A stretch of 64,000 bases of DNA, taken from the NCBI RefSeq assembly GCF_964194025.1, contig NC_134481.1, positions 23,622,001 to 23,686,000 on the forward strand, read 5' to 3'. The notes below the pieces were generated by a model. The model was not told where the DNA came from, searched no databases, and was given only the letters and a program-made list of their open reading frames with translations. The position numbers and the translations under genes are program-made. This document shows, one piece after another, positions 27,720 to 41,755 of the stretch. This stretch comes from Convolutriloba macropyga (lineage: Eukaryota). Every line of letters starts with the position of its first letter. The first letter of the stretch is position 1.

Positions 27720-27991
27720 CTACGCGTCGCCTTTTGAAGCGCCGCCTCCAAACTGGAAAGGTTTGGACCCAGTGCTTCCAGGGTTCTGTCCAGCCTGAGG
27801 ACTAAAATTGAACATGGGAGGCACTGAGGTCTGCTGGAACTGGTATCCGCCGGCTTTTTCGATCTTCTTGGCCTCTTTGGCCGCGTGTCTTTGGTCGGCA
27901 GAGACGAATATCTCATCTATCTCTTTCTTCTGTGATTCGGAGAGGTGGTCTGTTAGCTTTTGAAACAGCATCGGGTTGCTATCTCGGATCG
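27720..27991 (-). CDS. IPO7: Importin-7/8 family, last coding exon
   Basis: Acceptor tttgttttctag, then (A)IRDSNPMLFQKLTDHLSESQKKEIDEIFVSADQRHAAKEAKKIEKAGGYQFQQTSVPPMFNF...*; matches the importin-7 C-terminus ([21 protein letters not shown]...FNFG, recalled from memory). Confidence 0.93.
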
Positions 27992-28991
27992 CTAGAAAAC
28001 AAACCTAGCTCACAATTCAATTTCCTTTATATTAAACACTTCAAAATATGATAAAAAAATACCCGGCACATTGTCAGAATAGCCACCATTGAATCCCACG
28101 ATATCGATTGATATCAAAACAAGAACAGAAAAATCGTTTGTTTTACAAAAATGACAAAAGTGAATGCTAATCTGATTGAACCTCATAGTTAGGCACACTT
28201 CCTGTTCCTAATGAAAGAATATATGGAGTAGTATCATTTCCAATAAACAATAGACCTGATGTCTAAGACTAATTAGAGCAAACTTCAAAAACAGGGCATC
28301 TATTAAAAATTTTCATCAAAAGAAACCTTCCCCAATACAATTACTAATTGCAAACAAAAAATCTCACATTCTGCTGTAAAAAAAAACGGGAACACCAATA
28401 TAGCCGGAAAATTACCAGAAAAAGCCGCCGTTGACCCAACTGACCGACGTTGGAATTGAAATAGAGAGAAAAAGAAAATTGACGACGGCCTAGTTTTTTC
28501 TAATTGTCAAAATTTTTCTAATTTGTCTCGCAATTTCGTTAGATTCGATCAACACGGTGCATATTCAGCCTATTAATAGAAGGACAATAACATTAACACG
28601 AGTTAGCAGTACTCTACGGACATCTGAGAACTTATTGCACTAAGTCAAGTCTTTATACACCAAGTCTTAGTGTCCAGGATTTAATGGTTTATCCCAAATA
28701 TCTTGATTTCACTTTTTGATCTTGATATTTGCTTAAATGTGCTGACTGAATTCTATATTTCATTCAGTTGAAACATTGACTGAGAAAGTCCAAAAATCAA
28801 ACGCTAAAGTCGCGACTTTTGGAAAACGGAAAACGTGATCAAAAGGTAAAACCAATTAAAAACATGGCAAGACAACTCAAGAAATTACGACCCAAGAAAT
28901 AAATGATCTATTAACCTGACAAATTACATCGTAACAGTAACATCAAACTAAGACGCCAACAAAGCCTATATGAGGAAAATTGAAAAAAAAA

Positions 28992-29524
28992 CATACCCGG
29001 CAGATTGCCGGAAAATAGCCGCCGTTGATTCCAATAAGCATGATTGGGATTGAAATAACAGAAGATATTGAAAAAAGAAAGATTTTTGTATAAAAACATT
29101 TATTTAAGTCCGATTTATTTTGATGGCATTTCGTAGTTGAACATACTTCTGTTTCTTAGAGAGAGGCTACAGGGGCTCCTATCAATAACAATAAGCATTA
29201 GAGATGGTAAATAAGACTTATAGGAACGACGTTCAAATAGCGGGCATCTAAAATTGGGCTTTATGGGTTTTTCCCGTTTCTATTTCTGACATCCATTTTT
29301 TACTAACTCTGTTCATTTTTAATTGCTTTGCTGAGCAACTGATGTTCACAATCACTTTTAGCAGAATGAGAGAAGAGAGAAACTAGCCTAGAGAAGTCAA
29401 AAAGATTTCACGCAAAATGTTGAAAAGGCGGCAAAATGAGGTAAAGCGAAACATTTTTTATTCGACGAAGTAAAAAAAAATAGGAGCGCTATAATAGCCG
29501 GCTGAGAAGATGAGGGCGGCTATT
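28992..29524 (-). mobile_element. Non-autonomous Helentron/HINE (DINE-1-like) family F1, complete copy
   Basis: Minus strand: 5' TT-AATAGCCGCC subTIR with partial inverted copy CGGCTATT about 14 nt later; 3' GGCGGCTATT subTIR, CCGGCA-ATC-TGCCGG stem-loop, GTATG, T-run; other copies at 46731, 49088, ~55280 and ~63200. Confidence 0.8.
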
Positions 29525-29939
29525 AAACAAATGTTTTCTTATTCCGAGAGTAATCAATACTAATAACACGTTGTGGCAAGTTCACACTATGCATCCTTAG
29601 TATGATTACACAACACAACAAACTAGCGAGAAACAATGACAAACCGAGAGAGGCAAAACCTGAAGAAAATGAAAAAAACTTGTCGAAAAGTCAGGGTCGT
29701 GAAAGAGAGGAAACCACATTACTGCAAGCAAAAATCTGAACCACAGCATACAAAAAAACTAAAGAAGTCATAAAATATCCTTCATAAGTTCTAATGGCTG
29801 AAAAAGGAATAATACAACTACGAATGCAGACAAGATACACAAATTTAATTAAACATTTAAGAGAAAAAACGGCATCTCACTCAGTGAAATCTTTGGTTCG
29901 AAATTGAAGTCAATAACTCTATCGAAATTACGCCACACT

Positions 29940-30780
29940 AAAGGGCCAATAAGAACTGTCATTTTGAGACTACGCGATAAGACCACAAAATAAGAAACAT
30001 GCGAAACTAAGACTAAACGAAAGTAAGACTAAGACTAAGCACAATATAAGACTAAGTGAAACATGCAAGACTATCATTAAAAAAATATAGATGAAAAACT
30101 GAAACAATTATTTCGAACAACTTAATTATCACGAGGAACGGATTAGACCTGTCATTAATGAGACTTAGTGATGAGCCCGCAAATAGTACAGCAAACACTT
30201 GCACAAAAATTCGCTAAATATTAAAAATGAACAGCGTAAAAGTCAATGAGAGCTTTAGCTATGAACTGACGCAATTATTCAAAAACATTTAACTTCCTAA
30301 CCGATGAGATCTGTCATTAATGAGACTATGAAAATACAACAAATTGAACAAAACAATTCGCAAAAATAAAAAAATTCGATTATAGTTCTTGAAAACAATT
30401 AGTGTAGAAGTCATAGAAAGTATTAACTTTGAAAACAATTAAACCGAAAGATTTCATCTGCAATAGCATCCCATGCGACCTGCCCGTAATGTGATTGAAT
30501 GATATGACAAAAAACTACAAGAAACAGGAAAATTCAAGTTTATTAATAAATTTTGAAAATAATGTCAAAGTCATCAAAACCACTAGCTATAAACTCGAAC
30601 CATCAATTAGATTCATTTATGCCTCATTACTTAACAACTATACCTGTCAATAAGGATACTAAACTAAAAGAATACTACCGAAAAAAAGGAAAAATACGGT
30701 CAAAAACTAAAGGTCCTGATTAATTAATGACAAAAACAGAGTCAAAGTCATTAGCTAACAGTTGAGGAATTCAAGCATAT
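29940..30780. repeat. Degenerate ~165-bp tandem array
   Basis: ctgtcattaatgagact-like motif at ~29957, 30149, 30311, 30480 and 30643. Confidence 0.7.
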
Positions 30781-31084
30781 GCAAATAGGGGCAATTAGAA
30801 GACATATGTATTACCTCAAGCTCATTCAAGAGAAAACCTGAAAGCAGAAATCAAATTGGCATACGTGAAAAAAAATACATCTCAAAAACCAAAAAACCGT
30901 TCAAACACCTAACTCTCACTCCACTTTATAGTTTGAAAAAAAATACGCTTCGAACCAACTCGTTTATCAGTCACTTAACTTCGTCAGCGTGAGATGAATC
31001 ACTGCTCTAATTTGAACAAATGGCGTGAACAAATCCCAAAAAAGAAAGCGCACCAATACAATCGAAATCTCTTCTATTTTAAAA

Positions 31085-31365
31085 ACATAGCAGGACAAAT
31101 TCTGACTTACAAATCAAAGAATTTCCATTGGATCGAAAAACCATTTAGAAAGACATCTGATCAAAAATAGAAAAGACAATAAAAACTCAAAGTTCCGCCT
31201 GTGAACAAAAAAAAACAACCACTAGCGAGAAAGCTAGATTTTGCTGAGCACCGTTTTCTCACTGATCTTCAAAAAACGAAAAAAAATTAAGTCCGCCAAA
31301 TTAATCGCTTTTTGGCTCCACTTGCTGTTGAGCGCACCAATAAAACTCAAATTCTTTGAATTTTA
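31085..31365 (-). mobile_element. HINE family F3 copy
   Basis: CAGGAC-AA-(G/A)T(C/T)CTG hairpin plus subTIR TACAA.TCAAAGAATTT; other end AATTCTTTGAATT. Confidence 0.65.
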
Positions 31366-31601
31366 AAAAGGAGAGCGCCTAAAGAATAGCCTCTGTAAGG
31401 CTTACGGTGGCTATAAAATGCCATCAAAACACCTCAAAAATGACAAAACGAAGAATTAGCTCAAAATTGAGCGCTGAAATCTAATTAAAGTTTGAGCGCT
31501 GAAATCTAATCAAATTGTTAGCAAAGAACAACAAAGAACAAACCAAAAAGATTGCCGGAAGAAGCTTCGACTAATTTCCATAACCTCGATGGATTCGCAA
31601 A

Positions 31602-31974
31602 CATAAGCCGAATAGTGTCGTACGATTTGCTCTCGAACAACTGGCGAGGCAAACAATTTAGAAGGGGGCATATGCTGGAAAATTTGACCAGATAGGGGTT
31701 CAATCCTGCGACCTTCAGGATGAGAGTCGTGTACATTAAGTACTAAGGTACACGAGCTATGTACAATCATCTTTCACAATCGGTTTTACTTTAGCAACAG
31801 ACTTCTTTTCCGAGTGATCCAAATTGAAATTTCTCAGAGCAAAAAAAAATCCAGCAAGAAAGTCACCCGAGAAGTGAAATCGAAAGAATGTTCTAGAACA
31901 AAACGGTCGAGCCATAATTTTGCATAAAAAGACAACTTTACAATAATGGCTTCAACCTCCGTTCGAGAGCAATT
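31602..31974 (-). mobile_element. HINE family F2 copy with internal tRNA-like cassette (31685-31758)
   Basis: subTIRs TTGCTCTCGAAC / GTTCGAGAGCAATT; degenerate A and B boxes on the minus strand. Confidence 0.7.
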
Positions 31975-33069
31975 GAAAATATCATATTTAAGGGCAAACT
32001 ATTTTGATAGGATTTCATATTTTGATATATTCTTGTTTCTTTAAGATGATACAGCGATCAGCATCAAGACAAGACATGGCCGCCGTTGACGCACGTCGGG
32101 ATGGAAACAGAAAAGGAAATGAATATTTTCTAAGTGTCAAAAAGTGGTCTAATTTTGTGTGTATGGCGTGCAGTTTCAGCTAGACTCAGCTTCTAAACAG
32201 AAGGCTATTAAGCTTAATACTTATTCCGGCTATCAATCGCTTATGAACTTTGCTACTCTAATGCACTATGACGATGACCGGACTTCATCAGTTTATCCCA
32301 TTTTTATTTTGCTCTTTTGACATTGAACGTATTCAGTACATTGCGTGAATCACTGAGTGAAATTTGAAATCCATTTAGTTGAACTGCGAATTAAAAACAT
32401 ATCAGCAAAAGTCCTGACAAACAATCCGTAAATATACACTTTCAGAAAAAGCGTGTTGAAAAACATGGCATGCAATAGGAAATGTCAAATGTTAACGTAA
32501 AAATTTGGAATCGGAGACAAAACTTGCCTGATATATATACACAAGCAAAACAGGCAGAAGCAGGCACAAAAATAAAAATCTAAAAATAAGCAGGAAATAC
32601 TAAAAATTTGCTCTGGCTTCTTGATGTTAACTTCTTCAACACAAAAGTTGTAATGCATGCTATTACTGACGAATGAAGGCAGCTCAAAAAAAATTGAGTG
32701 CTTGAGCTCAGGAAATTTGAAAATAACCAAAAAAATCCTCCAAAAACTTGAATTTTTCAAATTATTCTAACTTATTCTTTTTCATCAAAACCATTTCCAA
32801 CTATTTTCAAACCATTACCAAACATTTCAAACCATTAGCACGCTGAAGCAGACAAAATAACAAAATTGAAGACCAGCAGAAATCTGTTTACACATACAAG
32901 GTACAATGAGGCAGAAACGTGGAAATTGCTGAAATTGTATAAATACGCCAAAAATATTGAAGCAAATGTACTTAAAATCAAGTTTATGCAACAGAAATCT
33001 ACACAATAACCACAAAGACAAGCTTTTAAAAGCTTCATCGGCCAATAACTATTACGCCCCTAAAAATTA

Positions 33070-33900
33070 TCGGACAAAGGAGCAAATTTTACAAAAGTTT
33101 GAAAACTACAAATTTCAATGAAAAGTCGCTATAATTTCCTGATATTAAGATTTTCAACACTGATTGGCTTTCGCTTAAAATGAACCAGTATCCCATCTGC
33201 AAGTCCTTAAAAAGATTAATTACCCTAAGATTAAAACTCAAAAAATGACGATTAGAAATTTGAAGAAAGGCAAATTTTAGTCTAAAAGTCGCCTGATATT
33301 AATGTTCCTGATATAAACTCCTGATATCAATAACTTGAAAACTATTTGGTTGTCCCCAAAACAAAATAATATCTATTGCCGCATCTTCAAACCCTTAAAA
33401 AATCACTGATCCCCACAGATTGGAAATTCAAAACAGGGACATAAACTTGTGAAAAGGCCATATTCTAATCAAAGTCAAATTCGTGATAAAAAATTTAAAC
33501 CTATTTCAACGTCACAAAAATAGCCAGTAACCCATTCTCAAGCGGACAAAAATATTCATTGGCCTTTAAAGATAAAAAACGACAAAACATTTAAAAACTT
33601 GTTAAAAGGGCAAATTCTATAGATAGTCAAAAAAATTCATAACAATAAAATTTTCAAAACGGCTTTGATGTTGCGAAAAGATGTCCAGTGACAATCCTCA
33701 AGCCCACAAAAAGATTTTTTGGCCCCTAATAATCAAAAAACTTGAAAAAAAATGACAAAACAATTTTGAAAAACCTCAACCTCTCCGAAAATTTTAATTA
33801 AAACCCACTAAAATTGCTGCTATTAATATCTTCAAAGCTATTTCGTTGTCGCTAAGAAAATATTCAGCCATCTACCTGCAAGCCCTAAAATTGTAAAAAT
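33070..33900. repeat. Degenerate ~170-bp tandem array, related to ~59100-59950
   Basis: ccagta.cccat.t.caag.cct.aaaa motif at ~33186, 33375, 33525, 33685 and 33867. Confidence 0.7.
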
Positions 33901-34551
33901 TACTTCATATTTTTGTAATTAAAAACATACCTCAAAAAACAGCTATGAAAAGCATTTTTAGATTTCACATAACTACTATTTACTTCAACCAATGTCAATT
34001 GAGGACCCGTTCTAAAATAAACCAACAAAAACAAGAACAACACAATTTTGAAAAACATCAAAAAGTAACCTTTTCACTTTGAATTTAGATGTTACCAGTA
34101 GCGTCAGTAAATTAGGCACCCTAAAGCCTACTAAACAAGCTGAGGCCTACTAAAGCCTTCTCAAGCAACTTAATGACAAACAAGCTTTACCTGTTTAGCC
34201 TATCATCAGAAAAATGTGTAAAAACAGATTATAAAAACGACAGCACACCAATACAATCCGAATCTATGAATTGTGAAAAAGTGCCTAAATAAAACTGGCT
34301 TCTTAGGTCTTTGTATCGTCTAATAAAAGGTTCTACTAGTCAATCAAATTGGGCAGTAGATGAAACAGGGGGAAAGGAAAGGACCCCTCAAATTTCTCAA
34401 ATTTCACTACAGCGTTTTCTTTGTCAAACTCTCATTGTTATAGCGCATTGGTTATTGAGATGGTTTACGACCACGGCTGATGTAAATTAACATGATTCTG
34501 TACAGTCTGCAACAATGTCTCTAAGAAGGCATTCAAATATCAATGAAAAAA

Positions 34552-34943
34552 CTTAAACTGACGAATGGCTCTCGAACGACAGGCGAGATCAATTTAATTC
34601 AGAGGTGGTTTAGCCTAGAAATGTTCTCTGGGCCTAAAAAACGACCCCATAGGGTTCAAACCACTGCCCTCCAGCTTGACAGTCAGACCTCTTAACCACT
34701 CAGCCACCAGGCCTTTAATTTCCTTTCGCTCATAATTGCCTTTACCAACAAAATTTATTTCAGAACAACAGCAACTTAGATCACTCAAAAATGAACAACT
34801 TAAGTGCGGAAACAGTCACTCAGTAAGTCAAAAAATTTAAAAAAATGTTCTAGAACAAAAGCACAAAACGGTCAAGCAAAAATTTTGCAAAAAAAGACCA
34901 ACACGTGTAACATAATTGCCTCAATATTCGGTCCCTGGCAGTT
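34552..34943 (-). mobile_element. HINE family F2 copy with tRNA-like cassette (34642-34713)
   Basis: subTIR aatggctctcgaacga; 72-nt GGCCTGGTGGCTGAGTGGTTAA...GGTTTGAACCC...GGGGTCG followed by T6. Confidence 0.75.
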
Positions 34944-35517
34944 AACAAGCATCACTTTTAACTCGCACTCTTACAGAGCATTATTCTGATGCTGAGCAAA
35001 TTTGAACTTTAGGTAATTATTGTTTAATTTGAACCAGTAGTTCTGTGAACAGCAGTTTACATATAATAGTAGTATACTCACTATATTATCAACACCATAG
35101 CTTGGCATTCTACTCAGAATGTTGAATTCGCACTGAGGATGATAATTTCCATAAAATTAAATTCCATTAAAGGAACAGAACTCCAATACTTTTGGTGAAA
35201 CAACTTGGTTCATTTCAAAAGAAAAGTTTTTTTTTCGCATTAAAAAATCCGCTAGTAATTTAAAGCGTTATGTAACCTGATATTATTGATATCAAGTGCT
35301 TGATAATATTCTTTAATGAAGTTTCTCGCTATTATGGTTCTATAACGAAACTGAACGCACTGACGGCAACTGAAGTACAAAATTGCAAAAAAAAAGACAA
35401 CAACGACTGTCAGTCGCAATGCTTTTAAACAAACATACCCGTTTGGATCTTGTACTCATGCAAACTCCTGCCTCTTAAAGAGATGATACAAGGATTAGTA
35501 TCAACACTAACGAACAA

Positions 35518-36394
35518 ACATAGCAGGCAGATTGCCAGAAAATAGCTGCAATAGATTCGTAGATCGGCAGTCTAAAAAAAAACAAAAAAAAACAGACCAA
35601 AAAAATTCTTCTTTTCATTGAAGGCTGATCTGTTATATTTTGATTAAAAATCTGTATAAGTTATTGCTGCCTCTACTAGCTGATCTCAAATAACCTTCAT
35701 TTAGAGTGACATACACCCATTTCACCTATCTCTTTGAATTAAAGTAAATAAAAGTCAATTTTAAAGTAAGGAAGTCATTTTTGAGAGTGAGGTAAGTCAA
35801 TTGTGACCAAAAATTTAATCACGCACATAAACAAAAAACCTCGCTCCACTAAGAGCGAAAAATGACGTCACACATGCAATTCAGTTGAAATTGCATGAAC
35901 GAATGAACAAAAAGTGGCTGTGACGCCATATGGTCGTAACAAAAATCATGACGACGAAATAACAAGTCCTGACGTACAATTCAAAGAATTTTCATTGACT
36001 AAACAGAAAACTAGACCTAGAAAGGACTATGAATGGCTTGGGAAAACCATTTAGAAAAAAACCGATCCAAAAAATCGAAAAAACAGTAAAAATCAAAGTG
36101 AAATTGTCGCATCTGAACAAAAAACCACTAGCGAGAATTTTGGTTCAAACACCGTTTTCTCATTCTACTTTAAATTTAGAGCGAAAAAATTTCACGCCGC
36201 AAAACCACTCGGTTTTTTGCTCCATTTCCTGTTTCGGCGTGACCAAAATCACTACTCCAATTTGACTTCAAAAATCTAGAAAATGTGTGAACAGATCTTA
36301 AAAAAAAGACAGCGCCCCAATACAACTCAAATTCTTTGAATTGTAAAAAGCAAGAGAAGGCCAGTAATTTCCCCAGCTATCGCTGTGCGGCTAT
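35518..36394 (-). mobile_element. HINE (F1/F4-type ends) with a nested F3 copy at 35961-36345
   Basis: ggcagattgcc hairpin plus aatagctgca at one end and tgcggctatt at the other; F3 subTIRs inside. Confidence 0.65.
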
Positions 36395-36829
36395 TAAAAA
36401 GCCTGTTAAATAAGACCAACAATCAGGTCAAAATTCAAATATCGGGCATCTAAAACTGGGCTTTATAGGTTCTGATTTTGCTTTGATTTTTCAATATTGA
36501 CTCTGTTTATCATCGATTGCATTAAAGAGCAACTGCAGCTAAAAATCACATAGCACAGAATGAATCAAGCTTCTTGAATTCAAAAAAATTTTGTGCAAAA
36601 TTTTTAAAAAGCGGCCAAAAATTGGGAAATTTTTGTTAGACGCTACGGTGAACCTGACCCCAGCTGTTATGTCATCCTTAGGCTCGGGGACAAACAAATA
36701 GAAGCCAAATAAAGGTTTTTTGTGTATCATTTACCCAGTTGTATTTGGTTAGTTTAGAAATATCAAAATTTGACACTCACCACATGCTAAAAGTGAAAAT
36801 CTTTAGCATCATCAATAGATGTTATGTAC

Positions 36830-37292
36830 TGTTATCACGATATCAATGATTGTCATTTCGAGTTCTAATTAAGCTTGATTTTATTTATTAACGATGCTGT
36901 GAGAATATTCAAAGTTTTACTCCTTTTGCTCGAGCGGTTTAATCGAGAGGTTTGCTCGAGCGGAGCGGGGTTGACGATTTTCCTGATTCTCTAACTTGTT
37001 GGCAAAAGGCAAAAGATTTCTCATCTTCAATTACTGGTCTTAAGAGTCACGAAGTTCTGTGTGTTCGGTTTTGCGTCTCCCTTCATTGTTTACATGATAT
37101 ATTTTAGTTGAAAAATAATAACATCCGTTCTTTGAATAGTGAGACAATTTAGTATGAACAGAAGTTTACACAGGTTGTATAAATAGAGCATATATGGGAG
37201 TCAAATAAAATTTACGTGACAATTAAGGTGGTCACCAAGTAACCCTTAAATGGTATAACAAACAAATGATATCCTATTTAGGGCATATCACA
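36830..37292 (-). repeat. 3' LTR of env-bearing element (copy 1; copy 2 at 39050-39512)
   Basis: Minus strand TGTGATATG...GTGATAACA preceded by purine-rich AAAAGTATGGTAG; lies directly downstream of the env-like ORF. Confidence 0.7.
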
Positions 37293-37449
37293 CTACCATA
37301 CTTTTGATATGACAATTTTGAAAATGAATTTTTGCTCTCATCACCCAAAAAATTTGCCCGTACAAGATTTTGTATAAAAATGATTAGTGATTATCAATGA
37401 CGATAGGAGAAATGGGAGAAGATTTCTAGTGCCTTGAAGATAAAAATCT

Positions 37450-38926
37450 AAGTCATTGAGGGTCGGCACGCAGTTCATCGCCGCATTGGCTGAGTTTACT
37501 TTTGCTCATTGACCGTTCCGTTGCGAAAGATGAACGTCGGCCGCGTGATCGTGACAGAGTTCGACTATTGAACTGCACCGGTTACTTTTCCGTAACGACG
37601 GCCATTGGTTTTCATGGCATGTTTCTTGAGTTGATTTGTGTAATGATCCGAAATCGTCATTACGTGTTTCAATGGCATCGCATCTTCTCCAAATTCGAGA
37701 AAGTTAGGGATCAACCACTTGAAAATTTCAAACCTGTGATAAAGATACATAGCCAGTATGTGCAGTGCTAGGTTCCCGAAAAAGACAACTAGAGTCTGAG
37801 TAGGTGACAGTCGGAGTGGAACATATGTATCGAGTTTGTTGATTAACTTCGGCTTCAACATTTGCAGCTGATGCGCTATCGGTTTCGCAATGTCAACTAG
37901 TTGGCTCGACTTCACCACAACTAGATGACTTTGCGCTAGTTCTCGTTTCACACGTTTAATCATTGCCACATTTACTTGTGCTTTGGTTTCAAAATAGGGC
38001 AGTTCTTCAACAGGCGGAGTGGCTGGTATCAAATACCCGAGTTAATCTGGCAATTCAACTTTAATCCACCTGGAGGGTATTTTGACGCACCTTTAGAGAT
38101 CAGGGCGGCTTTAGATGTTTCTGCTGAACAACTGGGTTCCACACTCAGGTGCTATGATGCATACAATACAGAACACATCGTCCTTGTCCAGAGACGCTGT
38201 CTTTTCCGAAGGAAAATTCTCGTAGTGTGAAGGCATCAAAAGCTTAAGTTATCAGCCAAATTCCGTAATCTAGATTAACAGCCTTTCTTGGAGATGGTAG
38301 GGTTATTCGTCTCAGAGGCAGTTAAAACTGTTAGTGCACCGTGGAACTTGAATGTCGCAAGGCAAGATGACTGTCCAAGATGTGTTTCCATAGTTTGCTG
38401 GCACATTTTGTATCGTACTGAGCCCAAGCAGTTTGCAAACTGTTTTCACTGAGCACCGATGTTTCCATCGCATCATAAGAAATTGCCAATTATGGACATC
38501 AAACGCTGTCTGACATGATGAGTGATATTGATAGGGTCGGAATTAATCCATGTTCAGTCGATGAAAACTTCTTAGTAGTTGTGCTTTCAGTATCACTCCA
38601 GGGCCAAAGAGACCTTCACCCGCTAATAATAAAGCCGAACTAACATTGCTGCTAGAAGATTGTTGTGCTCGTTTTTCTTCGTGTCTTTATAGCAGTTCGG
38701 CTATTTCTTCGCGTAGTTGTTTAATTTCAGTGTTAAAACCATCGTCTCCATTTTGATCTTCTTCATCATCCAATTTAGATTGAACGAACTTGCAGATGAA
38801 TTGAATTTCGTCGAAAAGTCCATTGGGCAGAAAGCTGACGAGAGTGTCCACATTTTTGCAGATGTTCCTCTTTGGTATTCAGTGCAGTACTGTAGTAGGT
38901 TGAGAATGGAATAAATATCTTCACGT
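37450..38926 (-). pseudogene. Envelope-like glycoprotein relic (duplicated 3' part)
   Basis: Duplicate of 39680-41241; TM-like TLVVFFGNLALHILAMYLY. Confidence 0.65.
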
Positions 38927-39679
38927 CTTTTGTGTATCATTTACCAATTTACCCAATTGTATTTGCTTAGTTTAGAAATATCAAAATTTGACACTCACCA
39001 CAAATGCTAAAAGTGAAAATCTTTAGCATCATCAATAGATGTTATGTACTGTTATCACGATATCAACGATTGTCATTTCCAGTTCTAATTAAGCTTGATT
39101 TTATTTATTAACGATGCTGTGAGAATATTCAAAGTTTTACTCCTTTTGCTCGAGCGGTTTAATCGAGAGGTTTGCCCGAGCGGAGCGGGGTTGACGATTT
39201 TCCTGATTCTCTAACTTGTTGGCAAAAGGCAAAAGATTTCTCATCTTCAATTACTGGTCTTAAGAGTCACTAAGTTCTGTGTGTTCGGTCTTGCGTCTCT
39301 CGTGATTATTTACATGATATATTACAGTTGAAAAATAATAACAAGCGTTCCTTTTATAGTGAGACAATCTAGTATGAACAAAAGTTTACACAGGTTGTAT
39401 AAATAGAGCATATATGGGAGTCAAACAATATTTACGTGACAATTAAGGTGGTCACCAAGTAACCCTTAAATGGTATAACAAACAAATGATATCCTATTTA
39501 GGGCATATCACGCTACAACTCTTAGAAAAATTTGATATGACAATTTTGAAAAAATGAATTTTTGTTTTCATCACCCAAAAAATTTGCCCGTACAAGATTT
39601 TGTATAAAAATGATTAGTGATTATTAATGACGATAGGAGAAATGGGAGAAGATTTCTAGTGCCTTGAAGATAAAAGATC

Positions 39680-41471
39680 TAAGTCATTGAGGGTCGACAC
39701 GCAGTTCAACGCCGCATTGGTTGAGTTCACTTTTGCTCATTGACTGTTCCGTTGCGAAAGATGAACGTCGGCCGCGTGATCGTGACAGAGTTCGACTATT
39801 GAAGTGCACCGGTTATTTTTCCGTAACGACGGCCATTGGTTTTCATGGCATGTTTCTTGAGTTGATTTGTGTGTTGATCCGGAATCGTCATTACGGGTTT
39901 GAATGGAATCGCATCTTCTCCAAATTTGAGAAAGTTAGGGATCAACCACTTGAAAATTTCAAACCCGTGATAAAGATACATAGCCAGTATGTGCAGGGCT
40001 AGGTTCCCGACAAAGACAACTAGAGTCTGAGTAGGTGACAGTCGGAGTGGAACATATGTATCGAGTTTGTTGATTAACTTCGGCTTCAACATTAGCAGCT
40101 GATGCGCTATCGGTTTCGCAATGTCAACTAGTTGGCTCGACTTCACCACAACTAGATGACTTTGCGCTAGTTCTCGTTTCACACGTTTAATTATTGCCAC
40201 ATTTACTTGTGCTTTGGTTTCAAAATAGGGCAGTTCTTCAACAGGCGGAGTGGCTGGGTATCAAATACCCCAGTTAATCTGGCAATTCAATTTTAATCCA
40301 CCTGGAGGGTATTTTGACGCACCTTTAGAGATCAGGGCGGCTTTAGATGTTTCTGCTGAACAACTGGGTTCCACACTCAGGTGCTATGATGCATACAATA
40401 CAGAACACATCGTCCTTGTCGAGAGACGCTGTCTTTTCCGAAGGAAAATTCTCGTAGTGTGAAGGCATCAAAAGCTTAAGTTATCAGCCAAATTCCGTAA
40501 TCTAGATTAACAGCCTTTCTTGGACATGGTAGGGTTATTCGTTTAGTCTCAGAGGCAGTTAAAACTGTTAGTGCACCGTGGCACTTGAATGTCGCAAGGC
40601 AAGATGACTGTCCAAGATGTGTTTCCATAGTTTGCTGGCAGATTTTGTATCGTACTGAGCCCAAGCAGTTTGCAAACTGTTTTCACTGAGCACCGATGTT
40701 TCCATCGCATCATAAGAAATTGCCAATTATGGTCTTTCAATAACCTATTGAGTGGTTTCTGAGAATTCCTTCTGTGGCATGGGTACTAATTGCGCTCTAT
40801 GGACATCAAACGCTGTCTGACATGATGAGTGATATTGAAAGGGTCGGAATTAGTCCATGTTCAGTCGAAGAAAACTTCTCAGTAGTTGTGCTTTCAGTAT
40901 CACTCCAGGGCCAAAGAGACCTTCACCCGCTAATAATAAAGCCGAACTAACATTGCTGCTAGAAGATTGTTGTGCTCGTTTTTCTTCGTGTCTTTATAGC
41001 AGTTCGGCTATTTCTTCGCGCAGTTGTTTAACTTCGGTGTTAAAACCATCGTCTCCATTTTGATCTTTTTCACCATCCAATTTAGATTGAACAAACTTGC
41101 AGATGAATTGAATTTCGTCGAAAAGTCCATTGGGCAGAAAGCTGACGAGAGTCCACATTTTGGCTAATTTTTGCAGATGTTCCTCTTTGGTATTCAGTGC
41201 AGTACTGTTGTAGGTTGAGAATGGAATATGAATCTCCACGTTCAGACTTCTCCGCCAAGTGGATCTTCGTTTCCTTGTGGAAGATGATGCCATCGGATAA
41301 AGTATCGATTTTTTTCGCTGCTATTTCATTCATAGTTAGTACCAGAAATGTTAAAATGTTGATATTAATGTTAATATTAATATTGGTAAAGTGATGCAAG
41401 TTGTTATTTGGTATTTGTTGTGTGAATAAAAAATATCGCAATTCCATGTTGTCCGTGGTGGCGTGTTTCAT
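39680..41471 (-). pseudogene. Retroelement envelope (env-like) glycoprotein relic
   Basis: Hydrophobic N-terminus (ILTFLVLT), heptad-like EVKQLREEIAELL, fusion-peptide-like LLLAGEGLFGPGVIL, Cys-rich CLGSVRYKICQQTMETHLGQSSCLAT, C-terminal TM and tail; sits just before the PPT and 3' LTR. Confidence 0.7.
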
Positions 41472-41755
41472 GTCTTGGACTAATATTTGTCAGAGAGACA
41501 GGATGTACATGTTCTAGTCGCATTAAGTTTTCTGGTCAAATATGTGTGTGAATGTTAGTTTTATGCTGTGACAACGGTACCTATCATCCCAGATTTTAAA
41601 TACGGAGTCAAAAGAGCGGATTGCTGTCCTGAATTGAAAAATCGCAACGGCTACTCAATTTGAGAGATTATGCGGATTGTTTTGGGCGTTGTTTGCATCG
41701 TATGCAATTGCCCGTGTTGTGAGTTTCCACCCCCGAGAGAGACAAGTTTGAGGAC

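Larger units (their letters stand above)
36718..41241. repeat. Tandem duplication (36718-38926 / 38928-41241) of flank + LTR + env relic
   Basis: Offset 2220 bp across the LTR; a few percent divergence and copy-specific indels. Confidence 0.92.

Noticed and set aside
34642-34713. Functional tRNA gene (GTC anticodon-like loop), and likewise the other five cassettes
   Set aside because: D, anticodon and T stems are poorly paired, and all lie at the same position inside a repeat family
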